A stretch of DNA of 64,000 nucleotides from the NCBI GenBank assembly GCA_963745865.1, contig CAVUYZ010000003.1:558262-622261 (forward strand), read 5' to 3'. Each line of letters opens with the position of its first letter. Position 1 is the first letter of the stretch. Below are positions 50,956-61,531 of the stretch, piece after piece. The notes under the pieces were generated by a model, which was not told the origin of the DNA, searched no databases, and was given only the letters and a program-made list of their open reading frames with translations. The position numbers were made by a program, and so were the translations under genes. The stretch comes from an uncultured bacterium. Its GTDB lineage: Bacteria; Actinomycetota; Acidimicrobiia; Spongiisociales; ZC4RG35.

Positions 50956-52035
50956 ATGCCATTGACCAGTCGAACACTCATGGGCCCCGGCCCCGGAAAC
51001 CCGTATCCCGAGGTGGCGCAGGGGTTGGTGAAGCCCATGCTCGGCCACCTCGATCCGCTCTTCCTCGACACTCTCGATGAGACCAATGCCCGCCTCAGGG
51101 AAGTGTGGAGGACTGAGAATCGGCTCACATTCCCCGTGTCGGGAACTGGCTCGGCCGGCATGGAGATCAGCTTCGTCAACGTCATCGCACCAGGATCGGT
51201 CGCCGTGATCGGAGTGAACGGCGTGTTCGGCAACCGGATGTGCGATGTTGCCGAGCGGGCAGGCGCCGAGGTCGTCCGCGTCGACTTCGAATGGGGGCAA
51301 CCCGTCGACCCGCAACGTCTGCTGGCGGCACATCCCGATCCCGACGTCATCGCCCTGGTGCATGCCGAAACATCGACCGGTGTCCGATCCGACATCGCCG
51401 CCGTGGCGGCCGGCAAGGGCCGGGCACTGGTGATCGCCGACTGCGTGACGTCGCTCGGCGGCATTCCGGTCGAGATCGACGACTGGAACATCGACATCGC
51501 CTACAGCGGGACACAGAAATGCCTGGGAGTCCCCCCGGGTCTCGCGCCCTTCACGATCAACGAACGAGCCCTCGAGCGGGTGATCGATCGTCCCCGTTCG
51601 TGGTATCTCGATCTGAATCTGATCGCCCGGTACGTCGACGGGGGGAGCGGACGCTCGTACCACCACACCGCCCCGATCACGATGATCCAGGCCCTCCACG
51701 CTGGACTTGGAGCCCTTCTCGACGAGGGTCTGGAAGCGTCGTGGGCCCGGCATCAAAAGGTCGGTGACCACCTCAAGCAGGGCCTGGTCGATCTCGGCTT
51801 CCAGTTGTTCGCAGCGGAGGGCTATCGCCTTCCCGAACTGACGACGGTCCTCGTTCCCGAGTCGATTGACGAAGCCGAGGCGCGACGGCGCCTGCTCGAC
51901 GAGTACGACATCGAGATCGGCGGGGGTCTCGGCGCTTATGCGGGGAAGGTGTGGCGGATCGGGACCATGGGTCATACTGCCCGCGAGTCCAATGTCCGTC
52001 TGCTGCTGGCCGCCCTCGCTGAGATCATGGGTTGA
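50956..52035 (+). CDS. Alanine--glyoxylate/serine--pyruvate aminotransferase (class V)
   Basis: LMGPGP, GHLDP, GTGSAGME, HAETSTG, DCVTSLGG, SGTQKCL, YHHTAP, WRIGTMG. Confidence 0.94.
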   Translation: MPLTSRTLMGPGPGNPYPEVAQGLVKPMLGHLDPLFLDTLDETNARLREVWRTENRLTFPVSGTGSAGMEISFVNVIAPGSVAVIGVNGVFGNRMCDVAERAGAEVVRVDFEWGQPVDPQRLLAAHPDPDVIALVHAETSTGVRSDIAAVAAGKGRALVIADCVTSLGGIPVEIDDWNIDIAYSGTQKCLGVPPGLAPFTINERALERVIDRPRSWYLDLNLIARYVDGGSGRSYHHTAPITMIQALHAGLGALLDEGLEASWARHQKVGDHLKQGLVDLGFQLFAAEGYRLPELTTVLVPESIDEAEARRRLLDEYDIEIGGGLGAYAGKVWRIGTMGHTARESNVRLLLAALAEIMG

Positions 52036-52104
52036 CTCCGGCGGCATGCTCGGGCGACCGGGCATGTGACGTGTGTTCGCCTCGCAGGCTGAGCGAGTGC
52101 GCCC

Positions 52105-53142
52105 TCAGCGACTCGAAACCGGAGCGCGAGCCACGTCGGAGCGCCGTGATGTGGCGAGGGGGAGTGACAACCTGAACGTCGTCGCGTCGATCGAGCGCCG
52201 ATACGTGAGATCTCCACCCATCAACGTCGCCAGGACCCGAGCCGACGAGAGTCCAAGCCCCGTCGATTCGATGTGTCCTGAGACGCCGACCAGGCCGAAC
52301 GGCTCGAACAGTCCTTCGATCGCTTCCGGGGGGATGCCGGTTCCGCGATCTGTGACTTCCACCACGGCCGCGTTGCGACCTTCTGTGACGTACACCTCGA
52401 TCGGGGGTCGACCGTGGCGGATGGCGTTCGTCAGGAGGTTCGTGACGATCTGGCGGACGCGGCGCGGGTCTGCATAGACCTGAACGTCCCCGAACGCCTC
52501 GAGGCTCACATCCGCCATCGTCCGGCACATCGTCCACACCTCCTGGCCGAGATCGAATGCGCTGGGGTGGATCTGGAACTGTCCGGAATTGCGAAGGGCG
52601 GTGACACTCAGGTCCTCGATGATGTCGGCGGCAGCCTGCGCTTCGTCAGCGACCATGGACGCCAGCTCACGCTCGTTGGCCGACAGCCCCGGTTCATCGC
52701 GCAGGGCGATGGCAAGACCGAGCACCCCGGTCAGCGGCGTCTTGACGTCGTGGGCGACCGCTGCGATGAAGCGATCCTTTGACGTGTCCGTCTCTTCGAG
52801 TCGTCTCCGGAGATCCGAGGTGTACCCCACATAGAGCCCCATCAGGGGCACGACCAACATGCCAATCGCACCTTCGACCCCACCGAGCAGGTCGACACCC
52901 ATGGTGTGGTCGGTCTGGAGGAAGAGCAACATGTGAACCGGATAGAACAACGATGCGACCACCGCAGCTCCGCTCTTGCCGAAGAGGTGGGCCGTCACGA
53001 TCGTGGGGAGAACGGAGACGGCGACGTACATGTCCTGGAGTATCGAGTCGTGACCCAGGGGGAACAGAGCCGCATAGGCGAGCCACACCGCTGCGGCCAC
53101 GGTGAGCTGGCGACTCTTCGATGCGGAGCGCAACCATTTCAT
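52105..53142 (-). CDS. Membrane sensor histidine kinase (orphan)
   Basis: N-terminal TM helices, VAHDVKTPL, NLLTNAIRHG, DRGTG, GLGLS. Confidence 0.9.
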   Translation of the reverse strand: MKWLRSASKSRQLTVAAAVWLAYAALFPLGHDSILQDMYVAVSVLPTIVTAHLFGKSGAAVVASLFYPVHMLLFLQTDHTMGVDLLGGVEGAIGMLVVPLMGLYVGYTSDLRRRLEETDTSKDRFIAAVAHDVKTPLTGVLGLAIALRDEPGLSANERELASMVADEAQAAADIIEDLSVTALRNSGQFQIHPSAFDLGQEVWTMCRTMADVSLEAFGDVQVYADPRRVRQIVTNLLTNAIRHGRPPIEVYVTEGRNAAVVEVTDRGTGIPPEAIEGLFEPFGLVGVSGHIESTGLGLSSARVLATLMGGDLTYRRSIDATTFRLSLPLATSRRSDVARAPVSSR

Positions 53143-53193
53143 GGGACCTTCATCGTCGGCCGAAGCGGGCTCCTTGAGAAGCTCCTTCGATGC

Positions 53194-54609
53194 TCAGCGG
53201 TGTCCGAGTGCCGTCTGGAATCGCTTTCGAACGTCGTCGAGCACCACTGGGACATCCTGCGACGCCAAACCGGCAGTCGGTACGGCATCGAGTACGTCGA
53301 CCCTGACCGTCCCGGGACGCAGGATGATCGAGCCTCTTGGCTGAATGTCGAGGGAGTTGTGGATCACGATGGGGACGATGGGCACCTGCGCGGCGACCGC
53401 GAGGTGGAATCCGCCCTTCTTGAACGGGCCGAGCCGAGGGGTCAGCTGCCTCGAGCCTTCGGGAGCGACGGCAATGCTCAACCCGGACTCGAGTGTCTCG
53501 ACCGCGGCCGTGAGCGCGTCGATACTGCCCTCAGTGTCTGAGCGATCGATGAAGACGACGTCGCCGAGCTCGAAGATCTGTCCAATGATTGGCACTCTCC
53601 TGAGTTCGGCCTTGGCGATCGCGGTCACATCCTGACGCAGCAGCCGCATCAGAATGATGCCGTCGAAGTTGGATTGATGGTTGAACATGAAGACACACGG
53701 TCGGTCCGACCAGAGGTTGGCCTCACCGCTGACATCCAGTCGGACTCCGGCGAGCGACATCGCATAGTCGCCCCAGGTGGACATCGTCAGATTGACCGCC
53801 TGCCGTTTCGAACGGTTGATGAGTCCGGTGACGAGGCCGGCACTCGCCGCGGGAATGACAGAGGTCTGCGCGAGGACGGTTCGGATGATCTGTGATCGCG
53901 TCGGGCGACCCCTGCTGTCGAACGAGGCCTGCTCCCATCCCCTGATCCGAGCCTCCCGTGCCAGCCGGCGGTCGGGGTTCAGCGGCTGAGGATGCCCGAC
54001 GATCTCGAGGAGCGGGAGATCCTCGTATCCGTCGGCGTAGAAGAAGGCATCCCCGAGATCGAGTGCTTCGGACTGCGCATACTCGATCGCCGCAGATGCC
54101 TTGCCAGACCCGTGGACGATTGGCTCTGCAACCTCGCCGGTCAGCCGTCCGTCGTCATCGGTGGGTAGCCGGTTGCAGATCACATGATCGACCGCCAGAT
54201 CCGCTGCGACATGGGTGACCTGGAACTCGTTCGCAGCTGACACCAATACGACCCGGTGCCCCCTCGCCCGGTGGTTGTCGATGATCGTGCGGGCTTCCGG
54301 GTATACCCAGGAGGCGATCTGATCCTCGTACACAGCCCGTGCAACCGTCGCCACTTCCTCCTCTGCCGCCCCTGCCATCGCCCTGGCCGATGCCCGCAGC
54401 AAGTCTCCGAAGTCGGCTCTGCCGAGTTGATAGCGAAGGGCGATCGCTCCCACCCCGATGTCGGCTGCCACCGGACGCTTCATCCGCTCGAGTGCGAATG
54501 CGAACGCAGTGAATCCGGAGACGAGGGTGCCGTCCATGTCGAAGAAGGCGACGGTTCCTGGTCCTTCGGGTGCGGTGGCGATCTCATCGAGCAGGTGGGA
54601 GGGGAGCAC
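53194..54609 (-). CDS. HAD-IB phosphatase / acyltransferase fusion (mycobacterial PlsC-like)
   Basis: FFDMDGTL, VSA, FYADGYED; then FNHQSNFD, AKAEL, APEGSR. Confidence 0.92.
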   Translation of the reverse strand: MLPSHLLDEIATAPEGPGTVAFFDMDGTLVSGFTAFAFALERMKRPVAADIGVGAIALRYQLGRADFGDLLRASARAMAGAAEEEVATVARAVYEDQIASWVYPEARTIIDNHRARGHRVVLVSAANEFQVTHVAADLAVDHVICNRLPTDDDGRLTGEVAEPIVHGSGKASAAIEYAQSEALDLGDAFFYADGYEDLPLLEIVGHPQPLNPDRRLAREARIRGWEQASFDSRGRPTRSQIIRTVLAQTSVIPAASAGLVTGLINRSKRQAVNLTMSTWGDYAMSLAGVRLDVSGEANLWSDRPCVFMFNHQSNFDGIILMRLLRQDVTAIAKAELRRVPIIGQIFELGDVVFIDRSDTEGSIDALTAAVETLESGLSIAVAPEGSRQLTPRLGPFKKGGFHLAVAAQVPIVPIVIHNSLDIQPRGSIILRPGTVRVDVLDAVPTAGLASQDVPVVLDDVRKRFQTALGHR

Positions 54610-54677
54610 GCCGAGATCGTAGGTTCATCGGTCGTGAGGTCGGTGTCGGGGTCGGCGCGGATCCCTTCGACGCAGGG

Positions 54678-55091
54678 TCAGAGAAGTTTCGACAGGACGA
54701 TCACACTTCGGGTGCGATCGGCGCTCGGGTGCGCCCGAATCGCCTCTATCACCGGTTCGAGGTCATCCGGCGTTCTGCACCGCAGGTGGATCAGCGCATC
54801 CGCCTCACCGGTGACCGTGTACGCGGCGATGACCTCAGGGATGTCCGCCACCATCGAACGGATGTGTGCAGGGCCGGTCCGCCCCCGACAGAACAGTTCG
54901 ACCATGGCCTCCGTTGCGGTCGGCTCGGCGATGGAGGCGTGATATCCCGTGATGGTCCCGTCCGACTCGAGTTTGTCGACCCGGCGCTTGACAGCCGGGC
55001 CGGAGAGTCCGACCGTCGAACCGATCTCGCTGTAGGTCGCGCGACCATGTCGACGGAGATATGCAAGAATCTGTGTGTTTATGTGGTCCAT
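54678..55091 (-). CDS. Lrp/AsnC family regulator
   Basis: ILAYLRRHGRATYSEIG..VGLS.PAVKRRV..LE.DG.I.GY, YTVTGEAD. Confidence 0.93.
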   Translation of the reverse strand: MDHINTQILAYLRRHGRATYSEIGSTVGLSGPAVKRRVDKLESDGTITGYHASIAEPTATEAMVELFCRGRTGPAHIRSMVADIPEVIAAYTVTGEADALIHLRCRTPDDLEPVIEAIRAHPSADRTRSVIVLSKLL

Positions 55092-55206
55092 GACGCATGA
55101 TTCTATACCACAACGCATGGATTCGTGTTCATGAGTGGGCCCTACGGCCGATACCATGTGCATCAGATCGCTGGAGTGTTCGAGATCTTTCCCGCAAGGA
55201 GCCGAG

Positions 55207-56010
55207 ATGAGCCATTACCTGATGTCCAGCCCGGACCACTTCGAGGTCGTCAGCCGTTTGAACCCGTGGATGAATCCCGACGAACCCGTCGATCGAGGCA
55301 AGGCGATCCGGCAGTGGTCGTCACTCGTCGACGTGTACGAGCGGCTCGGCCACATCGTCGACGTGGTCCCCGCTGCCGCGGGGCTACCCGACATGGTGTT
55401 CGCCGCCAATGCCGGGGTCTCGATCGACGGAAGAGTCATGACAGCGGTGATGGCCAGCAAGGAGCGCACCGGAGAGCAGGACCACTACCGGAAGTGGTTC
55501 GATGCTGCCGGGTTCGACCAGGTCTACACCCCCAACCACGTCAACGAAGGGGAGGGGGACTTCCTCTTCACCGGAGAGGTCCTGCTCGCAGGAACCGGGT
55601 TCCGGACCGACGTACGGGCGCACCAGGATGCACAGGCCTTCTTCGACGTCGAGACGGTCACGCTCCAGCTCGTCGACCCGAGGTGGTACCACCTCGACAC
55701 GGCGTTGTTCGTGTTGTCACCCGAGGTCGTCGTCTGGTATCCGGAGGCCTTCTCACCCGACTCACAGTCGGAGCTCGAACAGCGGTTTCCCGACTCGATC
55801 AGGGCAACCACCGCCGATGCGCTCGCGTTCGGCCTCAACTCGACGGCAGACCGCAACCGGATCGTGATGCCCTCATCGGCCCGCGAGCTGGCTGACCGTC
55901 TGGCGACCGATGGTGTCGAGGTGCACACGGTCGATCTCTCCGAGCTGCTGAAGGCAGGCGGATCGGTCAAGTGCTGCACCCTTGATATCCACCTGCCCCG
56001 GGTAGACTGA
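55207..56010 (+). CDS. ddaH: Dimethylargininase / amidinotransferase family protein
   Basis: LNPWM, LPDMVFAAN, NEGEGD, WYHLDT, LLKAGGSVKCCTL; divergent from an Lrp gene. Confidence 0.9.
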   Translation: MSHYLMSSPDHFEVVSRLNPWMNPDEPVDRGKAIRQWSSLVDVYERLGHIVDVVPAAAGLPDMVFAANAGVSIDGRVMTAVMASKERTGEQDHYRKWFDAAGFDQVYTPNHVNEGEGDFLFTGEVLLAGTGFRTDVRAHQDAQAFFDVETVTLQLVDPRWYHLDTALFVLSPEVVVWYPEAFSPDSQSELEQRFPDSIRATTADALAFGLNSTADRNRIVMPSSARELADRLATDGVEVHTVDLSELLKAGGSVKCCTLDIHLPRVD

Positions 56011-56215
56011 CAAGGTCAGACCGAGCAGGCATGCGGCCGCTTTGCCCGGCGATGACACGCCCTCCGACCGGAGGGTCGTTCACCTCGATGTCCGGATTTC
56101 TTGGGTTCTGTGGTGACTTTCAGTTAGACGTGGGCCGCGAAATGTCATAAGGTGTTTGACATGTTCCGGAAGCATCCGGGACGGATACACCACTCGCTAT
56201 CTACCGAAAGAGCCG

Positions 56216-57160
56216 ATGACTCTCGCATCGTCACGCTATTCGTCTGCGCTCGTCGACGAACGAGGCAGATTGACCACCGACCTGACCGCCCAGTACCTGG
56301 ATGAGATCGGGCAGCATGAACTCCTCACGGCAGATGATGAGGTCGCGCTCGCTCAGACCATCGAGGCCGGCGAGGAGGCTGCGAAGAAACTCGAGGCCGG
56401 GGTCGACGATCCCAAGGAGCGAGCCAAGCTCCGCAGAGCCGTGCGAGAAGGCCAGCGCGCCAAGGACCGATTCGTGTCGGCCAACCTGCGTCTCGTCATC
56501 TCCAACGCCCGCAAATACGCCTCGTCGAAGATCGAGCTCCTCGACCTGATCCAGGAGGGAAACCTCGGACTGATCAGAGCTGTCGAGAAATTCGACTGGC
56601 GCAAGGGATTCAAGTTCTCGACCTACGCCACGTGGTGGATTCGGCAGGCGATGACACGCGGAATCGCTATGCACAGCCGGACCATCCGGGTTCCGGTGCA
56701 CATGCACGATCTGGAACTCCAGGTCCGCAAGACGACCGCCCGCCTCGAGTCCGAGTTCGGCCGCCCACCGACCGATGCAGAGATCGCCGAGCACTCAGGG
56801 CTCGACCAAGAGCAGGTCCAGAAGGTCCGCGAGCTCGTCGGGACCGTGTCGATGGAGACCCCGATCGGCGAGGACGGCTCTGCAGAGCTCGGCGACCTGA
56901 TCCCCGATGAGGACACGCCGTCGCCCGAAGATCTCGCCACCGCCCGGGACGAAGCCGATCAGGTACTCGCTGCCTTGCAGCATCATCTGTCGGAACGTCA
57001 GTCACGCATCTTGATCTTCCGGTACGGATTGGACGGGAACCCGCCACGCACCCTCGATGAGATCGGGGACATGTTCGATCTGACCCGAGAGCGCATCCGG
57101 CAACTCGAGAAGCGGGCGCTCTCCAAGCTCCGCCATCCGTCGGTGTCGCTGCTCCGCTGA
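56216..57160 (+). CDS. Group-2 sigma-70 factor (SigB-like, no region 1.1)
   Basis: [64 protein letters not shown]. Confidence 0.94.
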   Translation: MTLASSRYSSALVDERGRLTTDLTAQYLDEIGQHELLTADDEVALAQTIEAGEEAAKKLEAGVDDPKERAKLRRAVREGQRAKDRFVSANLRLVISNARKYASSKIELLDLIQEGNLGLIRAVEKFDWRKGFKFSTYATWWIRQAMTRGIAMHSRTIRVPVHMHDLELQVRKTTARLESEFGRPPTDAEIAEHSGLDQEQVQKVRELVGTVSMETPIGEDGSAELGDLIPDEDTPSPEDLATARDEADQVLAALQHHLSERQSRILIFRYGLDGNPPRTLDEIGDMFDLTRERIRQLEKRALSKLRHPSVSLLR

Positions 57161-57187
57161 GGAGCGTCGGTCAATCGATCAGACCTG

Positions 57188-57220
57188 AGAGAGGCTCCGC
57201 ACCCGCTGCGGGGCCTCTCT
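57188..57220 (+). terminator. Hairpin after the sigma factor gene (possibly bidirectional)
   Basis: AGAGAGGCTCCGCA-CCCGC-TGCGGGGCCTCTCT, a 14-bp stem with one G-U pair. Confidence 0.75.
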
Positions 57221-57278
57221 GCTGTCTCACCAACCCTGCGATCGTCCCCATGCAGCCGGGGGACGTTGGCACGCGGTA

Positions 57279-57791
57279 TCAGGTGATCGGAGTGTTGGCG
57301 AGCGAAACAACGGTGCCAATCGTCAGGGCCGCCGCGACCGCGGGCATGAACCACCCCGGACGGAGGCGTGCTCGCCAGAGACTCCAGGCCGCGACGAGCA
57401 CCGTGAGGATCCCGAAGACGATGCTGCCCACATGAGCGAGATCGGACAGAGGCGCCGCCTCGGTGCAAACCGGTGGGCAATAGACGATCGGGAAGCCGTT
57501 GGTCATTGCCGCCCAGACGGCGCCGAGGATGCCGGCGCTGGCAACGCCGCCACCGTTGCCCTGCGCTCCGGCAACAAAGGACACCGCCCACCACACCTGG
57601 ATCAAAGCAACGCCGACCAGTATCGCGGCCTCGGTTGACGACAGGGTCCCGTGTAGGTCGAACAGGCCGACGCCGAAGTCCATCACTATGTGCATCGCGC
57701 TGAAGAACATGGCCGCCATGCCAACAACCAGCCAGATGGGCATCCGCCATGACCGGCCCGACCATGCGAGTTGCTCGCTACCCATCCGCAT
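57279..57791 (-). CDS. Hypothetical membrane protein (about 5 TM; exact start uncertain)
   Basis: Hydrophobic helices and a CPPVC motif; start overlaps the upstream gene's stop. Confidence 0.7.
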   Translation of the reverse strand: MRMGSEQLAWSGRSWRMPIWLVVGMAAMFFSAMHIVMDFGVGLFDLHGTLSSTEAAILVGVALIQVWWAVSFVAGAQGNGGGVASAGILGAVWAAMTNGFPIVYCPPVCTEAAPLSDLAHVGSIVFGILTVLVAAWSLWRARLRPGWFMPAVAAALTIGTVVSLANTPIT

Positions 57792-58500
57792 CATTCCTTT
57801 CAACGGAGGGGGATGGCGTAGCGCTGACCGCGAAACGACCCATCAGCAGAACCACCGACAACACCGCCACCCACAGCCAGTACGCGGCGAACGGCACGAA
57901 CGCGACGGGGAGGGTCCAGACGGCTCGCGCCAGCACCGATCCGACCCCCGCTACGAGCCCCCACCAACCCAACCAGCGCGGCAGGTCGCGACTCGTCAAG
58001 ATGATGAGGCCGGCGCAGATCCCGACGGCGCCGGCGGACACCCAGCCGTTGGCGAACGACAGGTTGCCGAGGTCGTATGCGTAGCGTGCCACCTGCGGAT
58101 CGATGTCACCGGAGCGATATACGGCAGCATCCCAGCTCGCGATCTGTCCTGACACCACGCTGACGATGCCGGCGCCGGCAAGGAACGTCGAGCGCCATGG
58201 CAGGTCGCTCTCGTAGCGTCGAAGGAGGAGGGCGAGGCCGAGGCTGAACCAGAGCATTGCGATCAGACCGACAGCGGTCGCGAACGAGCTGATTGCTCCG
58301 AGCGAGTCGTCGAGTGATCGGAAGAACGCGACGGCCTCGTCGGCCGTGCTGTCCATCGGCGCGCTCTGGTAGTCGTTGGCGAACGAAGCTCCCAGCACGA
58401 CCAGGAGGGTGACGAGCCCGGCGCTTCCAGTGATGCGGGCGAGGTTTCGTCGTGCCTCGACGGATTCGAGAGTCGGGACGGTTCCGACGAGTTGCGTCAT
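57778..58500 (-). CDS. Hypothetical membrane protein (about 6 TM, DUF4386-like)
   Basis: AAAGGAGG SD; helices such as GLIAMLWFSLGL and LPRWLGWWGLVAG. Confidence 0.75.
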   Translation of the reverse strand: MTQLVGTVPTLESVEARRNLARITGSAGLVTLLVVLGASFANDYQSAPMDSTADEAVAFFRSLDDSLGAISSFATAVGLIAMLWFSLGLALLLRRYESDLPWRSTFLAGAGIVSVVSGQIASWDAAVYRSGDIDPQVARYAYDLGNLSFANGWVSAGAVGICAGLIILTSRDLPRWLGWWGLVAGVGSVLARAVWTLPVAFVPFAAYWLWVAVLSVVLLMGRFAVSATPSPSVERNDADG

Positions 58501-58637
58501 CGGCGATCCTCCTTTGGTGTGGGACGTGTTTGGAAAACGTACCGATCCCCAGCGTTCGAAACATCAGCGCCACCGCGCATTTTCGATGCAGTGGTGGCAC
58601 CGTTGCGAGCACGCCGCGCGGGTGAGATAATCCGTGT

Positions 58638-60606
58638 GTGGCGTTCCTGCGGCTTTGGTTCGTTCCGACCTTCCTGATCGCGCTCGCGGTGCTGATCGAG
58701 CTCGCGGCAGTGCCGTTGTCGTGGGGCCTCGAACCGATGTGGGACACGCTGCTCCTCGCGGTGTCCTCGATCGCGACGACCGTCGCAGGGGCGCTGATCT
58801 TGACCCGTCATCGCCGGCATGCGATCGGCTGGCTGTTGATCGCACAGGGCCTCCTGGATGCACTCGGTGGCGACCTCGCTCAGGGCTGGGGATTGCGGGC
58901 CGCTGACCAGGGCTGGGCGTTCGGGCCGCCGGCCGAGTTCGTCGCCACAGCGAGCTGGTTGCCGACGGCACCAGCGGCCGTCGCGGTGCTGCTTCTGTAC
59001 CCGAACGGGCATCTGACCTCGCGGCGCTGGTCACTCGTGCTCTGGCTGTCGATCATCGGGGTTCTGGCTGCCGAGCCGGGCTGGGTGTTCAACCCTGACG
59101 CCGGCAGCGAATACGTCGCCGGCCACAACCCGTACGCGGTCGACTGGCTCCCCACCGCGACGATGTTCATCGCAGGGTTCGCGATCGTGGCGGTGTCCCT
59201 GCTCGCCGCCGCTGCGGCGGTCGTCGTGCGGTTCCGAGCTGCGAACGAGGTGGAGCGGCTGCAGCTGAAGTGGTTCGTCCTCGCCAGCGCCGTCCTCGCC
59301 GTCGGGCTCACCCTGGGAGGCGCATTGTGGTTCGTGACGCCGATCGCGCACGTCCTTCCGGCGCTCGTCGTCACGATCTGGCCGATCGCGATCTGTGCTG
59401 CGATCTTGCGCTACCGGCTCTACGACGTTGACCTGGTGATCAGCCGGACCATCAGCTACGCGGCGTTGACCGTCCTGCTCGCAGCGGTGTACGGCGGCGG
59501 CGTCGTCGTCCTCGGCGCCGTCGTCGGTCGCGACTCGGCGTGGGTGACTGCGGTGGCCACGCTGCTCGCCGCTGCGCTGTTCGGGCTCGTACGCCGCCGC
59601 GTGCAAGACGTGGTCGATCGTCGGTTCCGTCGGCAGCGCCACGACGCGTTGGCGGTCATGGCCGGCTTCGTCGACGACCTGCGTCACGACCACGTCGAAC
59701 CCGAACAGGTCGTTGACGCGATCCGCGCCGCGATGCGCGATCCCGGCCTCGATCTGCGGTTCGTCCTACAACGCGACGGGCCGAGCGTCGACGCACGGGG
59801 CCGACCAGTCACAGACGTCGACCCTGACGGTGAACGCGTGTCCGTCCGTCGCGGCGGGATCACCCTCGCTGAGGTCGTCTGGTCCCCGACGCAGCGACGC
59901 GGACCGAGCCCTTCTGCCAGCGGTCCTCGACGTGGCGTCGATCGCGATCGAGATGGCGCGGCTTCGCGTCGAGCTGCGCCAACGCCTCGACGAAGTCGAC
60001 GAGTCCCGCGCTCGCATCGCAGCCGTCGCTGACGACGAACGCCGCCGGTTGGAGCGCGACTTGCACGACGGCGCCCAACAGCGGCTGGTGTCGATCGGGC
60101 TCGCGCTGCGGCACGCGCAACACGAACTCGGCACCGAACCCGAGTCGGCGCGTCGGACCCTGGATGGAGCCGTCGTCGAGATCAGCGCCGCCATCGACGA
60201 ACTGCGTGCTCTCGCGCATGGCCTGCGCCCAACGCTCCTGGAAGCCGGCCTCGGCCCGGCCCTGCGCGACCTGGCCAGCAGATCACCGGTGCCCGTTGCC
60301 GTCAACGCAACCAGTGACCGGTACCCAACCGACGTCGAGACCGCCGCGTACTTCGTGGCCTGCGAAGGACTGACCAACGCCGTCAAGCACTCGCGCGCCG
60401 CGAGCGTTCGGCTCGACGTCGCACGCCACGATTCAACGCTGATCGTGAGCGTCACCGACGACGGTGCCGGCGGCGCAACCATCAACCGCGGATCCGGACT
60501 GGCGGGACTGTCCGACCGCGTCGCCGCGCTCGGCGGGCGACTGCTCATCGACAGCGGCCCCGGCGACGGGACCACCATCAGCGCGGAGCTGCCGTGCGTG
60601 TCGTGA
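58638..60606 (+). CDS. Multi-TM sensor histidine kinase (HisKA_3, NarX/DesK type); +1 indel at about 59892
   Basis: TM block ending AILRYRLYDVD; ERRRLERDLHDGAQQRL, EGLTNAVKH, DDGAGG, GSGLAGL.DRV. Confidence 0.9.
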
Positions 60607-61244
60607 TCGCCGAGGATCAAGTCCTGCTCCGCGAGGGCCTCGCCCGCCTGTTCATCGACGGCGGCCACGAGATCGCCGCCACCGAAGGCGACGGCGACGC
60701 GGTGGTCGAAGCCGTGGACCGTGAAATGCCCGACCTCGTGGTCGTCGACATCCGGATGCCACCGACCTACACCGACGAGGGCACCCGGGCAGCTCGAACC
60801 ATCAAGCTCCGGCATCCGTCCGTCGGCGTCCTCGTGCTCTCACAACACATCGAAACCGCCCACGCGGTCGACCTCGTCGGCAAGCCCGGCTTCGGATACC
60901 TGCTGAAGGACCGCGTCCTCGATGTCGACGACTTCCTCGCCACCGCAAGCCGCGTCGCCGCCGGTGGCTCGGCACTCGACCCCACCGTCGTCGAGACCCT
61001 TTTCCGCGTCACCTCCGGCGGCCCGCTCGCCCGACTCACCGCCCGCGAACGACACGTACTCGAACTCATGGCGACAGGCCTCACCAACACCGGCATTGCC
61101 CAACGCCTATTCCTCAGCGAACGCACCGTCGAGGCGCACGTACGACACGTGCTCATCAAACTCGACATCCCCGCCAGCGACGAAGACCACCGTCGAATCC
61201 TCGCCGTCCTGACCCACCTGCGCAACACGAGCGACCGGAGCTGA
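60594..61244 (+). CDS. NarL/LuxR-type response regulator
   Basis: VIAED..LLREGL, VVDIRMPP, GYLLKDRV, LTARE..VLELMA.GLTN..IA. Confidence 0.95.
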   Translation: MRVVIAEDQVLLREGLARLFIDGGHEIAATEGDGDAVVEAVDREMPDLVVVDIRMPPTYTDEGTRAARTIKLRHPSVGVLVLSQHIETAHAVDLVGKPGFGYLLKDRVLDVDDFLATASRVAAGGSALDPTVVETLFRVTSGGPLARLTARERHVLELMATGLTNTGIAQRLFLSERTVEAHVRHVLIKLDIPASDEDHRRILAVLTHLRNTSDRS

Positions 61245-61531
61245 ACCGCCCACCCGGTTCAGACCCGCATATCGAACCCCCATCCGTCTACCCACCCGCT
61301 CATGAATCGGCACTCGGCGCTACACCCGCTATCTGGAAGGTGATCGGCCGAGGCGCAAACGGGTAGCGCATGATGACGACCCGGCTCGAGGAACTCGTTC
61401 GCCGAAAGCGCTCTAGATCCGGCATTGTGAGCTGACCAGATATTGGAAATTCCACGTTCAATGGTTGTGGTCATAGGCAAGCGGCGAGTCGTCGCCCTCG
61501 GTCTGAAAGCAGGGGACGTTGGTGTGCGGTC

